DNA from: Rhina ancylostomus
Taxonomy: Eukaryota
NCBI GenBank assembly: GCA_030265395.1
Contig: JARFYF010000050.1
Span: 21,097,919-21,161,822, forward strand
Length of the DNA stretch: 63,904 nt
Reading direction: 5' to 3'
The notes below the pieces were generated by a model, which was not told where the DNA came from, did not search any database, and worked only from the letters and a program-made list of their open reading frames with translations. The position numbers and the translations under genes were made by a program. Below are positions 1 to 13,345 of the stretch, piece by piece. Every line of letters starts with the position of its first letter. Position 1 is the first letter of the stretch.

Positions 1-1330
1 CAGTTTCTCAAAACATTACATGAAAACAAAAAAAAACAATAATACTGGACAGACTGCCCAACATCAACCCAAGAATTGAATTTCGACACAGCAAAGTCAC
101 TCCCAGTTGAAATATTCTTCTCATGAACTTCTGGGAATTTGTGTCTAATTTGGGAGAACTGTCCCACAGACAAGATAACATAGTTGTACTCACAGAATTA
201 TGTCTTACAGTCAATGTGCCAAGGTCCTCAAACACAATCTCCAGGTGCTTCTTGTCCCACTGGGAGGTCAGTTTCACAAATGGTGGTTCAACAGTGGGAT
301 ACACCTGGGAGGGAGTGACTCTGGAAGACCTTAACATTGACTCTAAAACTATGTGTTTCACACCATCAGGTCAAACATTGGAAAAGAAACCTTTCTTCAT
401 TACTACCTATTGTCTGTTAGCTGATGAATTTGTGCTTCTCCATGCTGAACAATATTTGGAAGAATAACTGAAAGTAGCATGTATTCTGGGTAGAGGATTT
501 TAAAGAGAAATAGGATAGCACCACAGATAGTCTCTGGCAGATAGTGAGCAAAGTAAGATAACAATAAATCTAAATTGACCTTATTCTCACCAATCTACTT
601 TTTGCAGATACATCAATCCATGTGAGCATTGGTGGTAGAGACAAAATCCAATTTTTACACTGAGAACACCTTCTATAATGTTGTATGGCACCTCCAGTGT
701 TATAAATGCAAGAGACTCAGAAGTGATCTGGTAGCTCAAAACTGGACATCGGAGAGGACTGTCATGAAGAGTAGAGATGTACAGTACTTTACCACAATCT
801 GTAACCCTGTGGCAATGAAGCAGGGATCAATCCTGATTCAATGAGGAGTGGAATAATGTAGCAAATACAGGTGTACCTAAAATTGAATCACCAGCCTGAT
901 CCAGCTGCACAGGATTACGTGTGTGCTAAACAACCAAAACAGAATGTAACAGGCAGAAGAAGGCAATATAACAGCCAATGGAGTAGATCAAAGTTCTGCT
1001 GTCCTGCCACATCTCAACAGCTAATGGCAGGAGGAGGTCCAAGAACATTCGCATCTTCAACATGGTGTGACCTAGCAGGTGAGTGCTGAAGCACACCCAA
1101 ACATATTTAGCCAGAAGTGCTATGGACAATGCATTTCAGCTTCTATCCAAAAGATTCCCACCATCCCAAAAGCCAGTCACATGAAATCAAGAAATTACGG
1201 GGTTCATGGAATACAGCAAAAGCTATGGGACCAAACAACATCCTGGTTATAGAACTGAACCATTCATGCTTCTAGCCAAACTGTACAATGCAGCTAACTC
1301 ACTGGCATCTTCACAACCGGGTAATTTTCC

Positions 1331-1612
1331 ACATAGAACATTACAATACAGTAGAGGCCCTTCAGCCCACAATGTTGTGCCGACATTTTATCCTGCTCTA
1401 AGATCTATCTAACCCTTCCCTCCTACTTAGCCCTCCATTTCTCTATCATTCATGTGGCTATTTAAGAGTCTCTTAAATGTCCTTGACGTATCTGCCCCCC
1501 ACAACCTCTACCAGCAGTGTGTTCCATGCACTCGGTGTAAAACCTTACCTCTGACATCTCCCTTATACCTTCCTCCAATCACCTTAAAATTATGACCCCT
1601 CTTGTTAGCCAC
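1331..1612 (-). mobile_element. 5'-truncated CR1 (HER1-like) LINE 3' end inserted in the older LINE
   Basis: Reverse strand encodes RGHNFKVIGGRYKGDVRG...TFKRLLNSHM and ends GGGCTGAAGGGCCTCTACTGTATTGTAATGTTCTATG. CCACAT is present at both junctions (1329-1334, 1609-1614). Confidence 0.88.
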
Positions 1613-1934
1613 ATTGTTATGTTTAGTTCAAAACAGGATAAATACAACTCCACTAATTATCAAGCACTCAACCCATTCTCAATCATTAGGAAAGCGATGA
1701 AAGCTGTCGTCAATAATGCTGTTGAGCAACAGTACCCAGTTTGGGTTTCATGTTGCTCCAAAGCTTACCACAGCCTTCCTCCAGACCCAAACTAAAGAGC
1801 CAACAACCAGAAATGAGAAGAAATTGACATCTAAGTAGCAGTTGGCCAAATGGAATATAAAGGAAATGGAACTCAGCGTGCATTGGAAGAAAGCACTCCT
1901 GACACAAAGTGTGGGGTATAAACTGTACCTCACA

Positions 1935-2053
1935 CAGAAGGTAGGGAGAATAGAAAATGGGATTAATGTAGGTTTAGTGTAAAAGGGTGGTAGATGGCCA
2001 GCAGGGACTCGGTGGGCTGAAGGGCCCGTTTCCATGCTGTATGACCCTATGAC
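1935..2053 (+). mobile_element. HE1-like SINE / CR1 3' tail fragment
   Basis: Ends GGTGGGCTGAAGGGCCCGTTTCCATGCTGTATGACCCTATGAC; similar to the reverse complement of 60950-61050. Confidence 0.8.
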
Positions 2054-2959
2054 AAAGATAATAGCTGTAGTGTTGGAAGTGATTCATCCACTGCAGGAGT
2101 TCCTCAGGGCAGTGTCCTAGCACAATTACCTTCAGCTACTTCATCAATAATCTTCCTTCCAGCATGAAGTCAGAAGTGGACATATATGCTGATGATTGCA
2201 TCCTATTGAATTCCATCCACAATTCCACAGCAAATGAAGCAGTCCATGCCTGCATGCAGCATGGCCTTAATAAAAATCAGGCACCTGCCAAGATACAGAA
2301 AGTAACATCTGCACCTCCCAAAGTGAGGATTACAGCCAACAAGTGAGAATCTAACCACCCATCATTGGTATTCAAAGGCATATAGATGAGTTCCCCTCCA
2401 TCAACTTCATGGGACATCACTATTGACCAGAAACTCAATAGGGCCAGTCATGTAATTAATTGTTATCCTGGGCACGCTGCAACTTCTGATACTTCAAATC
2501 ATTTCACCATATACAAGGCACAAGTTATCAGTGGTGATGGAACACTTCCCATTTTCCTGAATGAGTTCAGCTCCAACAACAACAACCAAGGATCTTGAAC
2601 CCATCCAGGAGAATGCAGCCCATTTGACTGACTCACCACCTTTTTAAGGACGTCAGGATGGGCAATAAATGCTGGCCTTGCCAACAATGTCCACCACTGA
2701 CTAAAAAATAACCAAATACATATAAGTTATAAAATTAGTGAATTGATAAATTGATTTGTAAATAAACTAATGAATAAAGTGAGAGCATTTAGAGTCAAGG
2801 AAAGTAGCAATAAGAGAAAGTGGAGGAGGAGGACTGGGATAAAGCTACACAGAGAGGCAAAAGGAAGAAAAGGGGATCTGCAAATATCAGTGAAATGGAA
2901 AGTGTTCCATCACCACTGCTAACTTGTGCCTCGTACATGGTGAAATGCTTTGAAATATC

Positions 2960-3500
2960 AGGAGGTGTAGTGTACCCAGGATAACAATTACATGATTGGC
3001 CCAGCTGAGACCAGTGCTGTTCACAATTAATATTAAAGAGTTAAATTTGAATAAAAGGAAGCAAAAATTTATAAATTATATCAAATTAGTCGATACTGGA
3101 GGAGGGCATCAGTTTACAAAATAGAAATAAACTTGCAGAATGGACAATTAGTAAATCAATTTTAGCACAGGCAAGTTTGAGTTATTACATTTTGATTACC
3201 AAAAGCAAGGAGGTCACATGTAGTTTGGGATTGAAGAATCAAAACCGTGCAGCATTGCAAATGAGTACACAAATTATTATAATTATTCTGCTGGATAATG
3301 AGGCCATAACAAAAACAAGCCAAGCACCAGGGTTTATTTTCACATTCAGTTTAGAGGGATGGAACTAAAACCGAGGCAATGTGCTGTATTTATATTAAGC
3401 CTCAGTTAGACCACATCTACCATGAATGACAGCCATAACCATGAGATGATTTAGGGGACCTGAGAGGTTGAAAAGTGAAAATTTACAAGGATGATACAAG
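2960..3500 (+). mobile_element. Heavily decayed CR1 RT fragment (possible 3' tail at ~4110-4160)
   Basis: Remnants of PVLFTININ, LAEW, K.E.LHF, GFI and LVRPHL motifs in the expected order. Confidence 0.6.
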
Positions 3501-5724
3501 GTTATTCCACCTCTATCCTTTCTCCATTCATTCATTCCTTCCTTTTCCCTCCCTTAGTACCCTCTTTCCCTTCTCCCTCCCATAGCCCTTACTACAATAG
3601 CAGCAGTTAAGCTGGAATATTTGACAGCTGTCTAGGTCAGGTGCATTGTTTAGACAGCTGTCAAAGTTGTTGAAGGCAGGGCATGTTCTGCCTCATAAGG
3701 AAGGTTCCTCTTGATGGTTTGCAGAAGTCCCCACTGGGAGGATCATGCTGAGGTAACTGTGAACTTATTTCTGAAATCATCAGCAATCTGACAGTGCTCA
3801 CCACTGATTACAAAATCCTCAACCATTATGTCTGTAGAGCGACTCCAGAACAACTTCAGACCCGAGCCAATGATATTAAAACAATATTGTGGGTGACTCT
3901 AAAACTGATAGCCAAAATCTGATAAAGACTGAGATCTTGAGTTGTTAGGTTCAGAGAACAGCACTGTTGGGTTTCCTGTGAAATGCTGCAGTGTCAATTT
4001 TATTGTTTTATATTATGCAGTTTGTCTTTGCAGATGTGTTCTCTGAAGCCAATGCTAAAAGGGGCATAACACAAAAAAGCAACACTCTTCCAGTTACATT
4101 TAGGCAAGCTCAACAGATTTGAAGGGCTGAATGACATTTTTCTGTGCCTATGTTCCTAGGGACTGCACTTCAGCAAGGAAGCAATCTGATTCAATTTCTC
4201 CATTGTCCGGCAGCAACTAACTTATGACAAGTTCATAAACCATGAGTACTGTTATCATTCAGATCATCAGGGAGTAAAACATGACTTAACATCAAAGCAC
4301 CCAATAATTTCTTAAACACTTTCAGTTTGTCTTCACTAGCAAATCAAACAGTTCATTTCTCTATCTGTACTGAGAGTGGTCAATAAAAATTTTCATGTGC
4401 TTCTTTATATGAATAAACATTTTGGTGATAATCATATTCTAGACTGTTTATGTTTTAGCCTTCAGAATGGTCTACTTTCATTAGTTTTAAAATCATAACA
4501 GAATGAACCACTGCCCACATTAATTAACATTAGCTCTTATACATATTTTTGGTGAAAATAGTTTTATTGCTTAGCTATCTTCCAGTTTTCAGTGAAGTAT
4601 TGAAATCCAGCATCTGTTTAGAATGCACTGTAATTCCCAGACAAAATAGAAACCACCAATAGTACGGTGGACAATTGTACAAGTCATCTAATGATACTAA
4701 CAGATTAAAAAATTAACTGAATGGTCCACGCAGACTCAAACAGTGCTCCAGATGCTGAATCTGGGTTCTTCTGAAACAACTATGATCACAGTGCAGGAGG
4801 GCAGCTGGAAAATCAAATAAGGCTGAATAACACTCGCATGTGTGAAAACAAAACAGTGAGGTTTTAATGGGTGATATATAGACAGAATTTTTAAAAAGTT
4901 CCTTGACCAGTAAAATGGAAAATGCACACATCCAACCTAAAATGTGCTCTCCATCTGCTCTCTAATGATCACAGCTAAATACAGGACTGCAATGATGAAT
5001 GACCTTTGAAACAAAATGCCACCAGCATCTTCTGTTTTCTCTCTCACGTGCCAGACCACTCACACCCTCTGATTGAGAGGAATATGAAGGAGGTTTTTCT
5101 CTCCCCCTCACAACTTATCAAGGTGCAACACAAAAAGAATTGTGCATTATTTTCTTATTATCCCACTACAGGAAGTGCTGGCCTAGGTTCATTGGCATGG
5201 CTAAGAGGGGGAAACCAGAGGAGTGGGTGGGAGGGCCACACAGACTTTTATGCAGACTTCACCCCTCCCAGCCTACCAAGCTGATTCCAACTTCTCCACT
5301 TGCTGACAATTCATGTAATAGTTTTCGTTATCTCCTCCACATGCTGCAAAATAATTCTATTTTCTTGAGCTCTGCGAATGCCAGTCCTAAGCCTGTTACC
5401 AAAAGGTACATGAAAAATAATATGTTGGGTAATTGTGTGCTCTCTGACTGATGGCAGAGCTAAGACCACTACATGCTTTGTTTAGAATTCTGATCTGAAG
5501 CTCTGACTATAAATTGCTTTCATAGAGACAGTGTTTAAAAGATGTTGAGTTTTATCTAACATATCTCCGTTATACTTGCACATTAAGACATCTTGGTCTA
5601 ACTTCCAGAAAATACATTGAAAAAGCTACCTTTTCATATATACTTCAAGCACAGTGAGTTAAGTACTAGATTCTTATAGGTAAACATATTTTTCTTAGCT
5701 CATTGCTTGTCCTGAATGCTTCAT

Positions 5725-5850
5725 GCTCTACTACATTTCCTACATTACTGCAGTAACTACACTTCATAAGTTGATGGCAAAGAGCTTTGGAGCACCTTTA
5801 AAGGTGACATAAAAGATGCTATATAAATGCAAAAAAACTTTCTTCTTGCT
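5725..5850 (+). mobile_element. DeuSINE (SacSINE1-like) 3' tail
   Basis: TTTCCTACATTAC..CAGTAACTACACTTCA...GCTATATAAATGCAA..TTTCTT tail motif shared with other copies in the window. Confidence 0.65.
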
Positions 5851-7149
5851 TTTCCTTGAGTGATGAAATTTTTGGAGACTGAATTCACTTGGTGTGACAA
5901 ATGGCAAGGAGTATGCTAAGAGGCAACATTTGGGAGATTATGTTTATAGCTGCCTGTGTCCTAAGAGTATTTGAAGCTTGCAACACTCTCCCAGCCATAA
6001 AATGTATTAGGTAATATATCAGGCTGCTGTGGCCTGTGTGGTGGCACAGTGCCACTTGGCTACTCCATCACTCAATGAGACTGGAAGAAAATAGAAGACA
6101 GAAATTTAGTGCATTTGATAACCATTATTGAACATTTGATTATCATAAATTTAAATGTGCATCTAAAGATTTGTAATTAAAATTGCTTTTTGCAAGTGCA
6201 AAATGAGACAAGCATTTGCCGAAGTACCTTCAAATATAAATCAGAGTTCCTGCTTCTGAATATTCTACTGATATCCAGCAGGTTCCTCCGATAGCATTGT
6301 TGTTTCTGCAAACCCCATCCCACCCACATGCTCTCCCAACACATCCAACTGTTTTCCCCAATGATGCTAACACCTCGACCAGTTAAATAATATTTCTTCA
6401 ACAGAGGGGTCAAAGCATTTTGAGAATTGTGGTGCTTCTTCTTCTATTCATGGAAGAGGAGAGGGGGAAAAAAATCAATGGAATACACAATATTTTATCC
6501 TATTAATTAGCCATACGGAATGGTACTTGTTCAGACAGAAGTAAATAAGGTGAGAGGACTATTATGATAAAAGCAATTGACATTAGCTAGAAGAATGCTG
6601 TCTAACATGTAATCTTTCATAGCTTGGAAGTTTTTATTTTATCCCCATAAATATGGTACTGCCATAAATGATGCATTGTGCCACCCTTAACTCTTTTACT
6701 ACATTGTAATTATTGAAAAGCTCTTGTAGAGCACAAATAATTTCTTGATAAAATATTGAATTAATCTTGCCATCCGTTATTAACCTGAATCTTTAAAATG
6801 CTTGGAAATTTTTAATGAATTCAAGTGGCTGCTGAAATGCATCCTCAACTCAAGCTCCTAATAGCAAGTCTCAATCTGACAAGGAAGAGATTCTTTATTA
6901 AAATCAAAATCTTAGGTGGTTTGAATTCCTGAATATGCCCTTTGTTAAATTGTTTTACCCAGTTCCCAATGGACTGGCTCACCAATGATCTAATGACTGA
7001 ATCTCAGCCAGGCATTATTATTAGCACAAGTTGTGACACATGAAATAAAAGCAAGCAGCATAATTGGGGGAATAATATTTAAGGTGTAAATTACGGCTGT
7101 GAACTCTTGAACACTTGGCTTCCATTAGTGTTCTCTCAGCTGTCAAAAT

Positions 7150-7328
7150 GAAAATAGTTGAAACTTAAAATAAAACTGTATGTTGGCTACCCAGCAAATC
7201 AGTCAGTGTCTGAAATGTCTGTTAGTATTTCAAGTGAGATTCTCACCTGAAATGTTGACCTATCTTTTCCTTACAGGTTGTTCTTTTGCTTATTTGTAGT
7301 TTCATTTTTAATTTCTGATTTTTCAGGT
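7150..7328. repeat. Very decayed palindromic Penelope terminal repeat
   Basis: CAGCAAATCAGTCAGTGTCTG...TTTCAAG...CCTGAAATGTTGAC...TTTTAATTTCTGATTTTTCAG resembles 54530-54746. Confidence 0.45.
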
Positions 7329-8189
7329 CCATAAGGTATGCTGTAGACAAGTGAAGTGAAACCCCACTTTTCTATTAATGAAATGTGACCTTGGTAAAGA
7401 GGGTCAACACTTATTGCAATAAAATTGCTTTCCTTTTATGCTCAGCGTTACAACATGCTCACAGCTATTCTTTATCATAGAGTTTGACTCGAGTTCTTTC
7501 ATTGGTATTNNNNNNNNNNNNNNCAATATTTATATGGTGACCATTCAGGATGTCACATGGTTGCACTGAAATTACTGAGGTTTTATTGTATACTCCATCA
7601 ACTTGAAGATGGTGCATGGTGCAATTTTATAATATAAATCTTTGCAATAATTATTGGATCCCAATGCCTAAAATTTTCAGTCCCTGAAAAATGCCAGTTT
7701 CTACTTGATTAAACTTAAATTCAGTCTAATTTCTGGCACTAGAGAAGCATTCAGGAGTTTCTCTGATTTTCCTTGGTGGCCGTTGCTTATCTTAATCAAG
7801 CTAATTTTTCCTCTGATCATGGCTTCCATGTGGTTGGAACAAATTGGAACTTTACTGGACATTGTCCACAATGTAGTGATCATTTAAATTGATGGGTGAG
7901 AAATGCAACATTATTCGTATTCATCTCACTAGCAATACTCCTACCAGACGTTGAAAATTATCCTTTACATTCAGTTTCTTCCCTGCACCTAATAATGGAT
8001 TGCTTTAAAATTATACCAGTTTCTACATACTGTAGATTTTCCTTCAACGAGTTATTTCTTAAAGTATGTTAATGTAATTGGGGAAATATTTTCAATTTGA
8101 TAGTTTAAGTTACTGTATTGCAATTTTACCCAATTATGGTTAACTGAGAGCCTCAGCAACATAGTAACTATCAACTGTAAACATACATT

Positions 8190-8590
8190 TTAAGAAGGGA
8201 AGGAGCTGGTATTTCTATGCAATTTTCAACAACCTCAGGATATCACTAAGTACTTCACAGTCCCAATGAATTACTTTTTTAAGTATAATTGGTCATATTG
8301 TTATGGTAGCTAAACGTGACAGCCAAAATGCATACACAAACACCAATCAAATGAACAATGAGAGAAAGTGTTTGTTGCAGGACAAGATTTGAATAAGGTG
8401 ACTAACCTACCTTTTTCAGATAGTATTAAGGAACCTTTTATGCCTTTCTGAGGCAAGGCCAAACAGGGCATCATTCTAATGTCTCATTGAAGAGATGACA
8501 CTTCAAACAGTGCAGTAATACTTCAATATTGCACTGATGAAAATTTTGTCTGGATTATATTCTCAGGCAGGAATATGAACTGCTAACTCA
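8190..8590 (-). mobile_element. DeuSINE-like copy
   Basis: ACAACCTCAGGATATCACTAAGTACTTCACAG...GTCTCATTGAAGAGATGACACTTCAAACAGTGCAGTA; collinear with 17110-17470. Confidence 0.7.
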
Positions 8591-11164
8591 AAAAGCTATA
8601 AAGGTCCAAAGGAAATGGTGGGATCCTACCATGTTCAGCCTTGGTTTTTATTGAAAGCCTTTATGAACATGCATCTAAATTTGTGATATCATGTGTTACA
8701 TTTTCTATGCACCAAATCAACGCAGGATTGTATAATAGCCTTTATCCAAAGTAAAAACTAGTGCAGGCCTCAGTTTGTAATCAGATATTTTGACAGCTTG
8801 GCAGGTGTTACTACCTTCACACTCAACCATGTTTTCTTAAGCTTATACTCAAGAGACTAAATTAAACTGGACTTTACCTCCAATTTTCACTTCTATTTTT
8901 GCCAAAAACTGATATTTCTAATTGTTGGTGAATGCCAAAATGAATAATATTCTAGATGGAGTTACAAAAATGCACCCGAGAGAAATCTGGTGTGATCCAC
9001 CCACACATTGCCCAAACTAAAATAGAAATGCTGTCAAAGGGAAAAGACTTAAGTCTGAAAATTAGATTACAGAATAACAAATGGCTTCATGCAAAAGTTG
9101 TTCTTTGAATTGAAACTCACCTGCAATGGTGTGAAACCGAAGTCACATACAGGTCAAGAATTCAGAGACCTTGCTTTCCCCTTAGTGCTACATGTGCGAA
9201 AATGGATTTAGCCCAAAGTGAATCACTTTTGTGACTATTTCCAGATCATGGTATGCCAACTGTGAAATTTGATTGGATTGATGCTGGTTTCCTGAGCCTA
9301 GCTCAGGTGAAGAATACTTAGCAGCATAGTTTTGAGCCACAAACGTACCATACCTGGTCACTTGAATCCAATGCATCGATCTCCATTCACAAGTGAATTC
9401 TGATACTGTGGACACTGACCAGTATGATTGTTGGTCCACCAGATTAGTCCTATTTCAAAGTCTACTTTAGGGTATATTGGAATTTTTTAGGCTAGCAAGT
9501 ACCTCTCTTTAAAATACAAGTTGACCACTTGGGTTTGTATTACAATTTTATCATCTATTTGTCATTACTGCCAGCTTCTTATTCCCAGACTTAATTTCTC
9601 AATGGCATGAGCAAGATTAGAATTAAGATTTAATATATTATTTCATGAAAATGTTCTTAGTTTCTTGTTACACTTCCAGTAGATGCCTAATGAAATTTTC
9701 ACTGAAAAATGACAACAGCCCAGTTTTCCCAAGCCTCTTCCATTTTGCGAAGATTTTAAACCTTGTTACGTAAGTGATGGTGTTTTCTCCTACCCCATTC
9801 AGGCACATTGTTTAGGGGCATGAAGATAGGGACTCCCTTTGCCAACTCCAGAGTGAACTGAAATTTGATTGATTTTGCAGGTGAACATTAAATGCACAAT
9901 ATGATGCACATGTCCTTAGCATGGTTAGTGGTGATTGGGGAACTGAGTTGAGCCCTTGCTGGGCCCACGCTTGCCCTGCGCCAACAATTCAGCCAGGTTC
10001 TGTCATATATTTGACTGTGCTGAGTTAGTTCATGCCTTATCTTCCAATACGATGAAAATGGGCTTTGGGTTTGAACATGGTGATATTCAGACCAGGGAAA
10101 TCATTTGGACTGGTGATTTATTTTTCTATGTTAAAAGCACATCATCTCCGTGCATATGGCAGTGGAAATTGTGAGAAATCCTGACTTGATGTCCCAATCA
10201 AGGGTCACTGGGCAACTCAAGTTCAATGCCATCTGGATGTGGAAATTCTGGCTAAATAGGGGTAGAGATTCACCTGGAGCTGCACTATTACCTGGCTGCA
10301 TCATGTAAAAGATACAAGATCCCACCAACCCAATCAGCTGAGGGGGCCAGAAGACAAAAACCTCAGTGTAACTGTCAAAATAGTACCTGATAAAAATATG
10401 GAGCCTTTAGCTTTCAAGTTCCACACTTTCCTCATGGAGTTAAATGTAACAAGAATGTAGAGTGATTAAGCTTGAATAATGGAGTTTGCTTCAAATATGT
10501 ACTAAATATGAATGCACAGGAAAACAAATCTTGATAGGAATTTGTTAATTAGCTGCTGAAATCAGATGGAGAGAGACATATGCAGCATCCCTCATGGGAG
10601 AATAAATTTGAAATGTTAGGTAATTATTTCTGGTCAGCCATGGTGTTAAGTTTCCAAAATAAACTCACATCGTCCAAGGATCAGTACGATGTGACAGTTG
10701 TGAGTAATAATCCCACTGATCACTGCTCTAAAACACAGAGACCAAAACTGCACTCTTGCTGCAGCCTCCACTGTTTAAAAAGTACATGAAATATTGCAAA
10801 ACATTTTTTAAATGACGGCTTTTCATAAATACAGGTCACATAAATAAATAATGATTGCCCACTTCCACAAAATACTCAACAGAAGTATTGCCCCACATAA
10901 AACCTCACACTTTAGTGAACAATACAACATAATATTACCACTGAGCATGTTTGAAATTTGGTTCAGTTACAACAAAAAAAAATCAATGGGAGCCTTTTAA
11001 TTTATGAAGAAAAAATATATAAATCTATGCAATGTATCAAATATATGAATGCTCGTCAAAATAAGTAAGATTGATTTGAATAAGATCAATTAGTTAATGC
11101 TATAACCCACACACTTGAAGAAATTGTGCACAGTAATGAACTCCTTTTATATTTATCCATCTGA

Positions 11165-11300
11165 TGTAGTTGTAGTACTTCCTCAGGGTTGAAGATGACT
11201 TGGTTCCGCTCCAGCTCTGTGGGTTCTGATGTGACTAGGGAGTCCAATGTGAGATCCACAGATATTGCTATGGGTTGAGGAGGGGTGGAAGGATAATGGG
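11165..11300 (-). mobile_element. RTE-clade LINE 3' end fragment
   Basis: Homologous to 31670-31810 (AAGATGACTTGGTTCCGCTC..TGTGGGTTCTGA versus AGGATGACTTGCTTCCACTC..TGTGGGTTCTGA). Confidence 0.65.
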
Positions 11301-12229
11301 ATCACTTAGCTCTCACTATGGCATGGCTCCAATAAAGTAAATGAAGATCCTAGTTCAGGTAGGTACAGTATTTGCATTTGATGCAGGGCTGAACAAGATA
11401 TAGGCACTTGTGGATGCACATTTATTGAAATACTGCCTGAATCATTCAGATTGTAGTGATGAAAACTGGCTGGAGAGGGCTGCCATCATGGTCCTACCTC
11501 GATGTACATTTTCAACTTCTAATCCCACTAAATAAGGTTGCGAGTACCACTTCATAAGTAAATGGAAGAGCTGAAAGGCTTAGTCATCAACTTAAATTCT
11601 TTGCCTTCAACCATTATTGTTAATCAAGCCACAGTCCACCAAAGGAGAGGTGCTGTAAACCAGAAGGCAATCTATAAAGGAGTACCGAGTCCTTTTTCAA
11701 GGTAAGGTTTTGTGGTGAGAACCCCTCCCCCTTCTCTTCAAATATGAGTTTTAAGCCTCTGTTCCATATCTACTATTTTGTTGGTAAAGAATATATCCTA
11801 GTTGCCTATCCTTGGTATTGGTGGGTTGGGCCAGTGTCTGCAATTCTTTTGTGAGTATGCTATGCAGAGAAACAGTTCAAAGGTTGGGTTGGGCCAGTGT
11901 GCAGTCTCCACTCCCATACTTTTCCATTGGTTGTAGTATGTCAAATTTAAGCTGATCTTATTACCACTCAAAGATAGCTTAAAATGCTGTACTCTTGCAG
12001 NNNNNNNNNNGGTGTGTCAGAAATCAATGCTTGTGGCAGAACAAAATTCATCATACCCAATTCCTCCATTCCAAGCCATACTGTTAACCATAAAAGATTC
12101 AGCCATTGCAGCTGAATTCCAGGGTCTGTTGACTGCTAGTTGGATGCTCAATGAATTGAGTTTACTTCAATAAATGCAGCAAATCACAAAAGCAAATTAC
12201 TCCCAGAGCAAAACTCTGTGAAATGGAAA

Positions 12230-12657
12230 ATGAAAAGAAAGACTTGCACTTAAATACTGCCCTTCCAGTCTTTTTCTGGGGCATCTCAAAGCAATTAACA
12301 ATTAAAATACATTTAGGACCACATCCGAAAAGTAAATGTCGATTTGCGCATAGCAAGGGCCCGTAAAAGGGAAATTAGACAATGTCCAGATAATCCCTTT
12401 TAAGTAAAACTGAGTGAGGGATAGATATTGGCCAGCTCATTAGTGGTCATATCCTGCATTTTGTTTTGTAAAAGTCCAATAAAATCTTTTACATTCATAC
12501 TATAGAACAAGATTTTAATATCTCATGTCAGTGTCAGCACTTCAGACAGTAAGCCCTTCACACTGCACTGGAGCATCAGCCTATATTTTTACCTTCAGGT
12601 CTCCAGTGTGAAATATGAGAGACAAAAATGTTACCAACTGAGCTGCAGTTGACACTG
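12230..12657 (-). mobile_element. DeuSINE-like copy
   Basis: GAAAGACTTGCACTTAAATA tail; GAGGGATAGATATTGGCCAG; CACTGCACTGGAGCATCAGCCTA; ACTGAGCTGCAGTTGACACT head. Confidence 0.7.
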
Positions 12658-13034
12658 CTGGCTTTTATCGCTGGTAAAACTAGGACAATGACTACATTAG
12701 GATATTTATTGTATATGTGTCAGAAGATCTTAGATCTAAATCTCTAGATTGCAAGAATCCAGGGGATTAAGTTTATTAATATCTGCAATCATTGATTTAA
12801 GGATTTTGTACAGTCATCAGAAGAGCAGCTGGTTTACTTCCACCAGTGCGGCACATCTCCAATCCCTGCCTGCAGTTGTAAAATCATTCACTTCCTCCAC
12901 AGAGCAGTACCTGGCTTCTCCTTCATGCCAGGACTTCACCATGAGCTGCAGGCTCCTCGTTTTTCTCTTTATCATAGCTACAGGGCTCCCAAGCTGCTCT
13001 CTCTGCAGTCTGCATAGGCAACCTTTGATCATAC

Positions 13035-13345
13035 AAGTTTAGAGCAGGAGTATGTCACTCAGCCTTTCAAGCCTGTTCTGCCATTCAAGAAGAAGTACTT
13101 GTAACCTTTCCCATCTACCTGTGCTAACCAGTCAATGCCTTGTTCATTCGGTATCTAACTACCTCTAACTTTAAAATATTCAAAGATGCTGCTTCCACCA
13201 CTCTTTGGGAAAAACTCAGAAAAAACAAATCTCCTCAGCTCTGTCTTAATTGGGTGACCCCTTGTTTTGAAAAAGTGACTCCTAGTTCAAGATTCTCCCA
13301 CAAGCGAAGCATCATCCTCTCTATATACATCCTGTCAAGGATCTT
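13035..13345 (-). mobile_element. CR1 LINE 3' fragment (second subfamily)
   Basis: GAGCAGGAGTATGTCACTCAGCCTTTCAAGCCTGTTCTGCCATTCAA tail with downstream GTGACTCCTAGTTC; parallels 19868-20178. Confidence 0.75.

Larger units (their letters stand above)
1..2700 (+). mobile_element. Decayed CR1-group LINE, nearly whole ORF2 (APE endonuclease + RT + 3' tail), with nested insertions
   Basis: 123-467 gives the APE-like LGELSHR..IVVLTE..GGSTVGY..EGVTLEDLNIDS. RT motifs: KAMGPNNI (~1219), KQDKYNSTNYQALNPFSII (~1632), QFGF (~1738), AGVPQGSVL (~2093), IYADDC (~2182). Tail GATGGGCAATAAATGCTGGCCTTGCC at ~2657. Confidence 0.88.
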
